A stretch of DNA of 64,000 nucleotides from Marsupella aquatica (Eukaryota > Plantae > Marchantiophyta), in assembly GCA_973895155.1 (NCBI GenBank), contig OZ316898.1:4092480-4156479 (forward strand), written 5' to 3'. Both the position numbers and the translations under genes were made by a program. Shown here one piece after another: positions 1 through 12,464 of the stretch; the first letter of the stretch is position 1, and every line of letters begins with the position of its first letter. The notes below the pieces were generated by a model that saw only the letters and a list, made by a program, of their open reading frames with translations, was not told the origin of the DNA and made no database searches.

Positions 1-639
1 GCAGATCAGTCATTACAAAGTTTCCAATGCTCAACATTGTATTTGAATAAGTTACTTAGTGAGAGCCTCAGACAAGTGACTTCGACAGCCTATATAGAGA
101 GAGCCACGGCAGTTGTTGCTAATCGAGGGCACTACAAGTGCTTCACATTATGCATTTGGAGGACCTTCTGGAAGAGATTATTAAGATCTGTGTACTGATT
201 GTCTACACTATGACAATATTCCTATGCTTCACGCTCTAGATCTTGTAATCACCCTCGATCACAGCAGGCCAATCACAGCAGCCTGATACAAAATTGCCCC
301 CTGATCAAGACCGTGCTTGATGGAAGCAAGGAGCGCAAACAAAGAGAGGAGCTCAATTGAAGCTTCACGATTGGAGGAAGCAGCTTGATGGGCAGCTCAA
401 TTGAAGCCGGGAGGAGCTCGAGAAGAAGGAAAGAGCTCAAACTAGGGCTCAAACGAAAGGAGGAAACTCAATTCATACTCAGCAATTGGAGAGAGCAAAA
501 ATCATTTGACTGCAAAGCAAAGTCTATAGTAGAAGAATAGCAGGGAGAAACTGAGCAAAATAGAATGGGCCGACAGCATTTTGGCTCCAAGATTTCAAAT
601 ACCTCTTGAGTTGGAATTGCAAAGATGATCTGTGCTTCT

Positions 640-905
640 GCCCTTCGCCCCAGCCTTCAAGCACGCCCTTTGCCCCAGCCTTCAATCTCGCCCTTCAAGC
701 TGCTCACGCTTTAGCCCTTCCAGCTCGCCCCAGCCTTCAATGTCGCCCTTCACCTTCAAGCAGCTCGCCCTTTGCCTTCAAGCTTGCCCTTCAAGCTGCT
801 CGCGTTTAGCCCTTCCAGCTTGCGGTTTGCCCTTGAAGCTTGCACCAGCCTTCAAGCTCACCTTCAAGCTTGCACTTAGCCCTTCCAGCTTGCCCCAGCT
901 CGATC
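640..905. repeat. Degenerate short tandem array of CCCTTCAAGCT(T/C)G-like units
   Basis: Many imperfect copies of cccttcaagctt/ccagccttcaa. The overlapping ORFs 606-943 are only translations of this repeat. Confidence 0.7.
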
Positions 906-3900
906 CCACCAGCAGCCGCAACTCACACCCGCAGCGCCAATAGTCTCGCCCACAGTGTCACTTGCCCGATCACTTTCAATCCCGATCGACTTCAGCCGGG
1001 ACTTTAGCTGCACCTCACTCACACTTGCAGTTGCCACCTTCGATCAATAGAGCCGTAGCGCCCAGCCTATGTGTAAGCATTCCTTCAAAAAAGGTTGATT
1101 GAAGCAATGTCTAGACCCTGACCCAAGCTCACATTGATCACGGCCGCAACACCCAGCACCCAGCCCGAACACGACCGTAGCACCTAGATTGCTTGACCAC
1201 AACCTTTAGACAAACAGAATACAGCCGTAGCACCCCTGAGATTGCTAAAAAATTGCCGCAGCACCCTTCAGCTCACATAGGGAACATCTAGCTACAGTTC
1301 AAACATTGCAAAGGCACTGCGCGCATGCATTTCCTTTTGAAAAAAACAAGGCAGCACCATCACAAGCTTTGCGTAGCTTGATTTCCTTAAAAAAAATGAG
1401 ACAGCACCCTCACCATACGTACGCGCATGCAGTTCCTTCAAAAAAACCACGAGGCAGCAAGCACAAAGCGCCTACTTTGCGGCTCCCTTGTGCACTCCCT
1501 TTGCAAAATGGGAGTCTTTTGTCCAACGGTCCCAGTCACATTTGCCCTAAAACTGGCCAGGCAATGTAAACCATTAGATCCCCAAAAATGGACGGATGGA
1601 TGGAATCGCGATCAATCCAATATCAGGCCAACATCTATGTGGAGAATGGGTTCGACACTTTGCACCCTAAGCCTTCCCCTTTCCCCCCTCTCGGATCATC
1701 CACCTCTTGCCCAGATAATTCAAATATGTCCCTCAATGCCACCATGAAACCCTATAACACTAAGTAACCTCTTTACATATGGATGTGCCACGTGGACCAG
1801 TTATTAATGGACACGTGTTCCCCATATATGTCCAGGCCAAAAATGCCCTATCTTAAACTAACAACTTACATTGAAGAAGTGGGGTTTTTTGCACGGACCC
1901 CTATTAGACTTCTAAGTTGCAATATGTATTTCGCAACCCCTAAAGTTCTTCTACAAAAATTCTTAAGTATTCCGCAGAATTGAATTAAAAAACCCTATAC
2001 TTATTCGCGCGTGATGGGTCGAAGTTAAAAAGTGAGGACTCCGAGTTGAAATGAGGTAGGGGCGTCCAGCAGATTACTCATATCTGAGGATTTTTGGATG
2101 TGATGCTTATGTGCTTACACCTTCCCAGCTTCAATCCAAGTTGGAGTCCAAGTCGAAGAAGTGCATTTTCCTTGGCTATCAGAAAGGTGTGAAGGGTTAT
2201 AGGTTATGGGATCTAGTAACCTGTAAGCTAATTGTTAGTAGAGATGTGTCCTTTAATGAATCTAGATCATCAAAGGAGGGGGGAAATTCTCAGAACTCCC
2301 ATACTGACAAGGGGAAATCTCCCATCCCGGACCGGGTTGAGGGGGAGATTAGTCACGATGATATTCATGACAATAGAGATGGAGAAGCTCTGGGCATGGA
2401 GCTGGTCCTGTGATGGAACAAGAGGAGCAGATTGTTGTTAGGGTACCTCAAATTCAACTAGCAACAGCAGTTGATCAGCCTGAATCATCTACTAGAAGAA
2501 CTTCCAGTCGTTCTACGAGAGCTCCTACCAGGTATGGTCAATGTGCAGACTCATCTAAGCTAGATGATATTGATATTGCACTTGATGATGATAATATGGC
2601 TTTGATCTTGGAAGAATGAGAGCCTTCTTCGTACAGTGAGGCTTGTGCTTCAGAGCAAAAGCATGAGTGGAATGCAGCAATGCAGAGGGAGTTGCAATCT
2701 TTGAGTGACAACAAGACATGGAAGCTGGTGGAGCTTCCAAGAGGTCAGCAAGTGGTGGACAGCAAGTGGATTTACAGGTTGAAGGACAGTCCTTCAGAGG
2801 GTGGAGACAAGATCTACAAGGCAAGGCTTGTTGCCAAGGGATTCACTTAGGAGAAAGGAGTGGATTATAATGAGGTCTTTTCACCGGTGGCTAAGTATTC
2901 CACAATTCGGATCTTGTGTCAGCTTGTTGTGTTTTTTGGTCTGGTGATGGATCAGATGGACGTTGTTACTACTTTTCTCTATGGCAACTTGGAAGAGATG
3001 ATCTTCATAAGACAGCCAGTAGCCTTTATGAAGAAGGGCCAAGAGAAATTAGTTTGCAGATTGCTCAAGTCCTTGTATGGATTGAAGCAAGCTCCTAGAC
3101 AATGGAACAAGCGGTTTGATGATTTCATGTTTGTTCAAGGTTTTACAAGGATGGTGTATGATCCTTGTGTGTATACGAAATCAGTCAAGAATGATGTGTT
3201 TGGTTTCATCATTCTGGTTCTCTATGTGGATGACATGCTTATTGTGGCTAAAGATCAATCTGAGGTTGATAGACTCAAGGCAAAATTGAGTTCTGAATTC
3301 AGGATGAAGGATCTTGGTAAGGCCAAGAGGATTTTAGGAATGAAGATTTTTAGGAACTTTGATACTGGACAGTTGTGCTTGAATCAAGGCAAGTATGCGA
3401 GGAAGGTACTTGCAAAATTCAACATGGAGGATTGTAAGCCAGTGAGTATTCCTTTAGCTTCACATTTCAAGTTATTATCGGCTTTCTCTCTTACATATGC
3501 TGTGAACATGATTTTGGACCAAACGAGAACTATTTCCGCAAAGGAGAAGTATTTTCATTTTCCGCCGATCCTCGCAAAACCGACAACATTTTTCATGGAA
3601 AACCCATTTTTGCTCCAAAAATCTATTTTATATCAGAGTTCGGATTGAATTAGAAAATTCAAGAATGTTCAGAACCACTAAAATTCATGGTGTCAAACCT
3701 TAAATTTATCTTGGAAAATAAAGATCCAAAAAGGGTTAGCCAAACCGTCAGGATCATTTTCTCCCAAAACCATTTCTTGACCTAACTTTGATACTCCTAT
3801 CGGACTTCGCATTTCACCCACAAAAGTTTCTTCAGAACTCCAATTTTGCTAGGTTTTATTTATTTATCGTAACTTTTTTACATCATAGTTGATACAAAGT

Positions 3901-4499
3901 TACCGCGTGGTTTGTCAAACTTACCTCATAGTTACCTCCACAATAGAACACAATAACTATACACATGCATAGTCAACACACCGTTGTCGCACCGACAATG
4001 TGCAGTCCGATAAAAGTATCGCAAAAAAATACATATGGCAATACAAACATCTATAAATTTATCGCTCATATTTGTAAATTGCAAAATTTTGCATGACAAG
4101 TCTTCAATCCGCAATACAATCATTTATATCTTTATCGCTCAAATTTATAAATTGCAAAACTTTGTCGGGCAAAACATTTTATTCGCAATCCAGACAGCCA
4201 TAAATTTCTCTTTTTTTGGAGGAAATTGAAAAACACAAGCATGGACCATACAAAGAAAACAATATGGATGTTCTAGAAAATACCAAGGTGTGCTATTTTG
4301 TCATTTAGCAAGGTGTCCAATCAAAAGTTGGACTTGGTCCTTCCCCAAAATCAAAAGTACAATGTCATGGTTATATTTGGCTCATTCATGGTTTCATAGT
4401 CTAAACATGACTACCTTCACACGTTCATGGACCAAGTTAAAATTTCTCTTAGTTTTGAGACTTTCTATTGCAATTATTTGTTCGATGTGTCAGCAATAG

Positions 4500-5105
4500 A
4501 TTTTGAGTGACAAAAATTATTCATATTATTACCCTATATTGGAAATGGACAACATAACACCAATATTAGATTGGGCTCACTGAGGGTTTCAAAATGATTC
4601 CAAACATGACTATATGTGTAGATCCACAAACAACATGCCGATCATTCTTAGTTTTATAACTTTCTATAATAATAAAACAATATCAATCTTTGGAAACCAA
4701 ATAACGATAAATTTCTCTAAACTCTCATTCCTCCTTATGTTTTGGGTACTCCTGGTTGGTTCCTCGAGGTTAGATCCATTAGCATGAGGTTTTGAGTAAC
4801 AAATCTTATCCTTATTATTACCTTGTATTTGAAGATAATATGGACACCATAACACTAGTATCAGATTGGGCTCACGGAGGGCTTCAAAATGAGTCCAAAC
4901 ATGACTATCTATGTAGACTCAAAAACAAAACTACTATCATTCTTAGTTTTGTAACTTTCTATAATGATAAAACAATATCAATTTTTTAATTTTTTAATAA
5001 TTTTTTTGTTTGAGAAAAGAACAATATCAATCTTTGGAATCCAAACAATGATAAATGTATTGGAGCTTTCATTCCTCCTTCTATTTTGGGTACTCCTGGT
5101 TCACT
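4500..5105. repeat. Diverged ~290-bp tandem duplication
   Basis: tttgagtgacaaa..agattgggctcac..ccaaacatgactat..ttttgggtactcctggtt occurs at ~4500-4760 and again at ~4790-5105. Confidence 0.8.
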
Positions 5106-5189
5106 TGGTCACCTTTCTCATTTTTGTCCAACATCATGTCATTATGAAGTTGTCATAAGGTCAAGTCGTCTCTTTCTTTAAGACATAAT

Positions 5190-5735
5190 GAAAAAATGCG
5201 GAATCTAGGTAACAATAAAGTTATTGCGGTCTCCCACCAATGTGGATGCAATAAATTTATCGCATGTTCTCTGGGAAATTGAATCAAACAGAGGAATACA
5301 AATTGCAAAAACTTTATTGGATGTTTGTTGGAATCTTGAATCTAACAAAGGAATGCGGAATGTGATAAATTTATCGCATGTTTGTTGGAATCCTGAATCC
5401 AACCAAGAAATATGAACTGCGATAAAATTATAGCATGTTTGCTGCAATCTTGAATCTAATAGAGGAATGCAGATTGCAATAAATTTATTGCATGTTCGTT
5501 GGAATCCTAAATCCAACAAAGGAATGCAGATTGCGATAAATTTATCGCATGTTTGCTGGAATCCTAAATCCCATAGAGGAATGCAAACTACGATAAGATT
5601 ATTGCATGTTCGCTGCAATCCTGAATCTAACAAAGGAATGCAGATTGCAATAAATTTATTGCATGTTTGCTAGAATCCTAAATCCAACAGAGGAATGCGG
5701 ATTGCGATAAATTTATTGCATGTTCACTTGAATCC
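5190..5735. repeat. Tandem array of ~9 x 60-bp units with a palindromic core TGCGATAAATTTATCGCA
   Basis: The unit aatcctaaatccaacaaaggaatgcagattgcgataaatttatcgcatgtttgctgg repeats in 60-bp register. ORFs 5205-5673 are repeat translations. Confidence 0.92.
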
Positions 5736-8674
5736 TCTCACACTACAATGAATGAATAGCAAACCTTACATTGATAATACTCAAACCAGAATGCAATTTT
5801 TGAAAGTTACAAATGTAAAGCCCAATGCACGTATCGCTACCTGCATTCCCGCTACAATGCAATGTCCAGAACTGATGTTTTTTTTATCTGGCACCCATTC
5901 CCGCACCCATTTTATTGGAGTTTGCATTGCCTTAGAAAAAAAACAGAATCAGGCTAAACGCAAAGTGTGTCACACTTCTCAGTCGGTCCAAAGACTTGGC
6001 CCTAGCAATGGGCAAGGTTAGCAGATTCATGTCAAATCGAGGGAAGGTACATTGGGAAGCTGTAAAATGGATTCTCAGGTATCTGAAGGGAACATAGGAC
6101 TATGGATTACTATTTGATGGCAGAACAAATAGAACCACTACGTTGGTTGGCTATGTAGATTTTGACTATGAAGGCTGTCTGGATACAAGGAGATCTACAA
6201 CCGGGTATGTATTTACTCTTGGAGGAGGATGTATCAATTGGAAGTCTATCTTGCAGAAGTGTATCTCTCAATCTACTACAGAAGCAGAGTATGTTGCAGC
6301 AGCAAAAGCGGCAAAGGAAGCAATTTGGTTAGACAGGTTAATCACGGATATGGGTTTAGAGCATGGCAAGATGACCCCAAACTGTGATAGTTAGAGTGCT
6401 CTTCACTTGGCTGCTAACCAGGTTATGGATAACAGGGTGAAGCACATTGATATCAGGTACCATTTTATCAGACAAATAGTGTCTGATAAAACTTTTGAGC
6501 TAGTCAAGATTGATGGAAAGCTCAATCCCACAACTGATGCCTTTACCAAAGTGATTCCTTTGGAGATTTTCTCAAGACACTGTGCTACTTTGTAGGTTTT
6601 GTAGTTGTAGCACAAGTAGAGTTACTTAGCAAGTTAGTGACTATTTGTATATGGATTACTCAATCCAATTTGGCTATGGCTTAGTTCTAGTTAACCCTTG
6701 TGGTTTTTAGGGGGAGACCTGTTTAGGTGATTGTCTAGAACTTCCCGCTGAGGATTCCATATGGTAGCAATTAGTCCTATTGTCACGCGATTGACATGGG
6801 TCTTAACACAAAAAATGGCACTATGGGTGCCAAAACCATCTCCTGGTACCTGAGGATCACGAAGGGATGTTGTGAAGGCCAGTAAACACCAATTTATGCC
6901 CTTAACACCAGACTATCATAGCAAGACTCCGTCACACATCACCCAAGCTCAATCCCTAAGAACCAAGGTTGGGAATCAGATCCAGTGCTCATGATAGTTC
7001 TGGTGAGAAGGGGTCTTCATATCGGGCCCATACACACAAGGCCTAGCGCTATGGTGCGCATATGTCTATACGTATGCTTACTGTCATAAATATATTTCTA
7101 TTCCACCACCGGAATGTACCCATAAACCAGTGACTCCTGACTGATTCCCGGCTTAGGGACTTCTAAGCCATTGCCCCACCACTCTGCCATTCCATTCTCA
7201 GCAATCAGAGCTGTGACAACCCTCACCCAACCCACTTCAATGCACCCGGTACACCTCTCAATGGTGCTGCTAGTCCCATCATACACTCAGATTGCCTCAC
7301 ACACACACACATCCATGAGAGAAATGAGGCCTGAGAGGAAAACTCAATTAGATTCAAAGATGTGCACAATAGTTCACTGAGAACACTTGATCCGAACAAT
7401 AGGCCCGAAGGTTGTCTCCTCCAGATTGCGACGTGCTTGCCATGCAAGCTCAATCCTGAACCTGAGCCCGACTCACTCCAGATTGCGACGGCAGATTGGA
7501 CTCGAACCAATCCCGTACTTGCCTTGCAAACTCAATCCTGAACTCAACCTCCTTCACTGCACTTCATTCTTGGGGGCACATATAGATCTCACACCTCCAA
7601 TTGAGAACGTCAAGTTATGCATGCATAGTTGACTCGACTTCAAAGTTGGTACCAGGCCTAACGACGATCTATCCCAGACTGCAATGAGGCCCAGCCTCAC
7701 GCTTGCCCTGCAAGCTCAGCTCTGGCCATAAATCCCTTAGTGCTCTCTACCAGACAAAGGCCGGGACTCCCCATGGATCATGTAGCCTTGCCAGAATGAA
7801 CTGTAAATGCTCCTCCTACTGCCCCTCAATCAGTGTCTCAGCCTTCCTAATGTGCTCACCGCAAATCACATTGAAATCCTCCCCACAGTTTACAATCACC
7901 AACACATCACCTATCACCAAGGCTCTGTATCGGGGGAAAAGAACCCAGTTGTGTTGCCTACTAGAACGAGCCACAATCCAGCTTGCAAACTTGGCCAACC
8001 GTTGCTGTGAAGCGTGGCTGATTACTCCCTGAGTAATAGCACAACCAAGCTCTCCCCAACACATAGCTTCCAAGCCCAACCTTCCTTGCACAGAGCTCCC
8101 TGCTGCTCAAACCACGTGAGATCATACAACTGAAGTTCCCCCCCTGCCTCTACCGGGGGGCTGCTCTATATACTCTCATACTAAGCCCAGATGGGTGGAT
8201 ACTACGCTGATGGAGCCCCATCCCAGCCCTAACAGAGCCGCCACTATCTCTAACTACTGAACCCTAACTCGCAACTTTATTTCTATCTCGAATTGGCTAT
8301 GTACTTCGGGTTTGGCCCTCCTCCATGGTTTTCGCGAGCTTGCCATTGATCAAACGAGAACACCAGTTCAGCAGTCACGTGGTTGGTGGCCCATCTTTTA
8401 ACCTCCACGCACTACGGGCCGCCGCCTCCTCTCCCGATTTCTCTATTCAACCATTTGCTGCGTGGATAGCAGCGTTGGAAGCGGCTAGAGCTCCTCTTTC
8501 CAACGAGGTCAATTATAGCCGATTTGGCCAAATACACAGAAAGTTATGCCCCCTCAACCGAGAGGGGGTACTCATTGCTACGCTAACCCGAGTTACATAT
8601 CTAACCCAAGTTCGGCTAGCCTAGCTATCCTATCTAACCTTAGAAGAGTTAACCCATGGCCTCGGGTTAAGCCG

Positions 8675-9005
8675 CAATCCGTGTCCATTGTCCGCTATCT
8701 GTGTCCGTTGTCTGTGTCCGCTATCCGTGTCCATTGTCCGTGTCAGTTGTCCGTGTCCGTTGTTCATGTCCGTTGTCCGTGTCCGTTGTCCGCTATCCGT
8801 TGTCCCGGGTTTAGTCTAACCCCAATCTAAATCCGCTAACCTCTATTCGCTATCCGCTATCCGTGTCCGCTAACCTCTATTCATATCCGCTATCCGTGTC
8901 TGCTAACCTCTATCCGTATCCGCTATCCGTGTCCGTGTCCGCTAACCTCTATCCGTATCCGCTATCCGTGTCCGCTAACCCCTATCCGTATCCGCTATCC
9001 CGGGT
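8675..9005. repeat. Array of TCCGTG/TCCGCTA(ACCTCTA) short units
   Basis: Visible repeats of ccgtgtccgctaacctctatccgtatccgctat. Confidence 0.85.
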
Positions 9006-9809
9006 TACACACTAACCCGTCACACTAATAAGATCATATCTTTCCTAATACACCTTCGTTTTGAGAGTGTTTTATATTGATTTTACTCGCCTTGACCAGA
9101 TCTTCCCAATGCTCTTTACAGATCCGGATTTGGTGACATATTGAAAGAGATATGGTCGCCGACCACCCACGACATAGCTTTATTTCCCTACTCTTAATGC
9201 CATGATTGCCCTTATTCTTGCCATCTTGCTAATTGTTATGCAATATCAATAGCTACTCCTTGCATACAGCAGCCTAGTTAATCAGATTAAAGAATAAGGA
9301 CCATGTCATCGGCGTCACACTGTTGGAGCCCCATCCCAGCCCTAATAGAGCCGCCACTATCTCTAACTACTGAGCCCTAACTCGCAACTTTATTTCTATC
9401 TCGAATTGGCTATGTACTTCGGATTTTGCCCTCCTCCATGATTTTTGCGAGCTTGCGCCTCCTCTCCCGATTTCTCTATTCAACCATTTGCTGCATGGAT
9501 AGCAGTGTTGGAAGCGGCTTGAGCTCCTCTTTCCAACGAGGTCAATTATAGCCGATTTGGTCAAATACACAGAAAGTTATGCCCCCGTAACCGAGAGGGG
9601 GTACTCACCACTGCGTTAACCCGAGTTACATAGCTAATCCGAGTTTGGCTAACCTAGCTATCCTATCTAACCCGACTAGAGCTAACCCGTGGTCTCGGGT
9701 TAGGCCGCTACCCGCTATCCGCTAACCTAGGCTAAGATGAGCCCGAACCCGAGCTTAGGCTAACCGAAGTTCTGTCTAACCCGGGCTCAATCTAACCAGG
9801 GTTTGGGTT

Positions 9810-9925
9810 AAGCCTAAGTTGAAGCCGTGCTGACCTGAGCTAAGCTGAAGCTGTGCTAACCTGAGCTAAGCTAAAGCCTTGCTGACCTGAGATAAGCTGA
9901 AGCCGTGCTGACTTGAGCTAAACCG
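9810..9925. repeat. ~26-bp tandem repeat GCTAAGCTGAAGCCGTGCTGACCTGA (about 4 copies)
   Basis: Directly visible in the sequence. Confidence 0.8.
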
Positions 9926-10465
9926 TGGCCTCAGCTTAGGGTAACCCGAAACCTAAGCCGAATCCGCTCGCTCCGGCCACAAGTTAACCCGTCACACTAA
10001 TTAGGCTGTATCTGTCTTAATACACCTCCGTTTCCTAAGTGTTTTATATCAATTTTACTAGCCTTGACCAGATCTTTCCAATGCTCTTTACAGATCCGGA
10101 TTTGGTGACGTATTGAAAGAGATATGGTCATCGAACACCCGCAACATAGTTTTTATTTCCCTAACTTTCTAAGACTAGACTATGAACCACTAACCCAAAT
10201 AACAAAATGAAGCTACACACCCAAAGACATTCAGATTTTATCATGAGAACAATCACCATACCAGAGCTTCATATTCAGCTATGGAGACTCACTTCCTTGA
10301 ATTAGCACGTCTACCTCCGTACCAGCGTCTTGAAGAGCCTTCATGCTCCATCTTGCTAATTGTTATGCAATATCAATAGCTACTCCTTGCATACAACAGC
10401 CTAGTTAATCAGATTATAGAATAAGGACCATGTCATCGGCGTCACACCTGTCCCCAAGACAAGAG

Positions 10466-10640
10466 TCAAGGGAGAGTTTGTTAGGTATTGCTCAAGATAG
10501 TCTTGTGACTCTATAGCTAACCGCAATTAGTCTAACTCAGGTTAAGACTTAGCTAAGGTTAGCGGTAGTGCTGTTGTGTATATAGCCAGGGTTGGTGCCA
10601 GTCCCTATTGGAGTTGAGCAAGAGAGAAGTATTTAAGGTC
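10466..10640 (+). mobile_element. Copia polypurine tract and start of the 3' LTR (TGTTAGG at 10479)
   Basis: caagggagagtt|TGTTAGG is the typical copia PPT-LTR junction, with tatatag about 100 bp further on. The LTR is then interrupted by MITEs. Confidence 0.6.
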
Positions 10641-10647
10641 TATTGCT

Positions 10648-11168
10648 TTCCCATGGACATAGCCTCGGTCATGAGGTGAACCACGTACTCGTTGTGTCGA
10701 CTACTTTGTATGGTGTTCTCATGTGCATGGTGTCTCAGGATAGGGATTATCCCCAACAACCATCTATTGAGGCTCGGGGGGGTCACTTCCACGGAAGTGG
10801 CTCATCACGTGCGACGAAGTATAGGCCCATTTAAATGGGTGTGGCGAAAGACTTCCAAAGTTTGGTGGAAGAACACATAGGGCATGTTTTACTGACTGGT
10901 CGACTTTAAAGAACACATATGCCTATTTAATTGCAAAAATACTTTCTTTAAAGTTTTTAGGGGTTTTTTAATAAAATATGATAAAATTTAAAGAAAGAAA
11001 GGGTTTTGCAAAAAATAAAATTTCACTTATAAGTTAGGGGGGTCAAACCCTAAAATGTCGCACGCGATGTATGGCCCTCCATATAGTGACCCCCCCCGAG
11101 CTATTGAGGAAGTTGTCAACAATAAGAAATATGTGGTTCACCTCCTTGAGCCTACGTCCATGGGAATA
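10648..11168. mobile_element. Outer MITE-like inverted-repeat element hosting the MULE MITE
   Basis: ttcccatggacatagcctc..gaggtgaaccacgta is inverted at tatgtggttcacctc..gagcctacgtccatgggaa. TSD not resolved. Confidence 0.55.
10773..11100. mobile_element. Mutator-type (MULE) MITE, 328 bp
   Basis: TIRs CTCGGGGGGGTCACT / AGTGACCCCCCCCGAG and a perfect 9-bp TSD CTATTGAGG (10764-10772 and 11101-11109). Confidence 0.85.
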
Positions 11169-11754
11169 CACAAAAAACTTTACTGAACTCTAGGACTGTC
11201 CATATAGAGTTGCAAGTCTCCACCACACAAGCTCTCGCTATCTCTCAATTGGCGCCACAATAATGAGCCTGATCACGAGTGGCCATTTATCCAAGCCTAA
11301 AGAGGTTATTTGAAAGATCAAAAAGCCTAGGAGCTAAAAATTGTGCTAAGTTTCACGTGAAACATCCATGTTGTCTTCCAAGAGGCTAGGGCGGGGGCTA
11401 CGGTTTTGGCCATTTAACCCCCACCCCTGAAAATGTTCTTGATCAAATCACTATGAGCCAAATATTGTGCAGCTAAGTGTCATATGAAGACAACAAATCC
11501 CCATCTACTTAGTCTACCAAAAGGGTCTATTGTTGGCCAATGCATTTACCCCAATCTGAACAGGCTAAATTGTAACAAAACTTCCATGGGGTTGTCAACT
11601 ATAACAAAACTTTCATGGGGGTCCATCAAGTAAGCTTTCTCAGCTAGGGGATCCATCAAACATGTACCTCCATGATACCTCATATTAAGCTGATTTTTAT
11701 ATTGGCTCATTTATCCACAAGAATATTCACAAGAAGTCTCTCAGTTCTTTAATA

Positions 11755-12453
11755 CTAGCCCCATGCCCGTGCAAAGCACAGAAGATGTCAAGTTGAGGGC
11801 AAGATGTTGAGGAGAGGCAAAGATGTGGAGGCAAGGGAAAGATGTCAAGCGGGATGTCAAGGAGAGTCAATGATGGCAAGGAAAGGCAAATTGAGGAGAG
11901 GGCAAGATGTTGAGGAGAGGCACAGATGTTGAGATGAGAAAACTAAGATGTCAAGGTGAGAAAAAGATGCAAAGATAAGGAAAATTAAGATATTGGGGAG
12001 AGAAAAGATGTTGAGGGTGAGGGAAAGACGGGGGGAAAGATTTCGTGGTGAGATAAAAATGTCAAGGTGAGAAAAACATGTGAGATGAGAAAAAGGTAAG
12101 ATGTCAAGGTGAGGAAAAGATGTCAAGCTAGACCCTGGGTTAAATCAACACCACGTTAATGCGCTCCAAGTTTAGCGGCACCCCATACGCTGCCCGTCAC
12201 GAAATCCGATGCCGCCTGCCCATTCCCCGACGCGACCTAGGTTTATGTTCTACCATTTCTCCTTTGACTGCCTAAACTGCATTTCCGTCCGTCGTCCGTC
12301 CGTTTTGAATTCGGGCGGGAGCACGAACCGACTCCCCTACCCTACCAACGCTACCCTCCCCTGCCCCATCTTGGCAGTGTAGTTTGCCATAGAGAACCAA
12401 AAATCACATTTTAAAGTCTCCAAACTCGGTATTCGTTCCCTTTAAGAACAAGA
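11755..12453 (-). mobile_element. Putative non-autonomous Helitron (~700 bp) with an internal AAGATGTCAAGGTGAG-like array
   Basis: On the minus strand the 3' end is hairpin CTGTGC-TTT-GCACGG followed by CTAG|T. Candidate 5' end is A|TCTTGTTCTTAAAGGG. Insertion is between A and T with no TSD. The 5' end is less certain. Confidence 0.6.
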
Positions 12454-12464
12454 TGGGGTTGGTT

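Larger units (their letters stand above)
3498..5975. mobile_element. Unclassified AT-rich non-coding insertion inside the copia RT
   Basis: Copia RT homology stops at ~3497 and resumes at ~5985. The ends read TGTGA(3501)...TCACA(5974), but no TSD is visible and part of RT is deleted at the junction. Confidence 0.6.
2072..6595 (+). pseudogene. Decayed Ty1/copia pol (integrase C-terminus, RT, RNase H), split by an insertion at ~3498-5975
   Basis: Integrase tail DYSYLRIFGCDAYV..SKSKKCIFLGYQKGVKGYRLWD; RT KARLVAKGF, DYNEVFSPV, QMDVVTTFLYG, KSLYGLKQAPRQW, LYVDDML; resumes ~5985 with VSRFMS..HWEAVKWILRYLKGT; RNase H GYVDFD..RRSTTGY..STTEAEY..KHIDIRYHFIR. Multiple stops and frameshifts. Confidence 0.95.
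6781..10446. mobile_element. LTR-like non-coding insertion (TG...CA) in the copia 3' UTR, with its terminal ~1.1 kb duplicated in tandem
   Basis: Starts TGTCACGC and ends GCGTCACA; flanks are CCTAT / CCTGT (5-bp TSD with one mismatch). 8207-9319 and 9320-10446 are homologous units. Confidence 0.65.

Noticed and set aside
1-2070. Possible LTR or Mutator-like terminus upstream of the copia fragment
   Set aside because: It is TE-like in texture, but no paired terminus, TSD or coding motif is visible within the window.
2860-3648. 262-aa ORF as an intact RT gene
   Set aside because: It is a copia RT fragment running into unrelated inserted DNA after ~3497, with stops upstream.
5190-5735. CRISPR-like array or repeat-protein gene
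   Set aside because: There are no unique spacers and no cas genes, the context is eukaryotic, and the ORFs are just translations of a 60-bp repeat.
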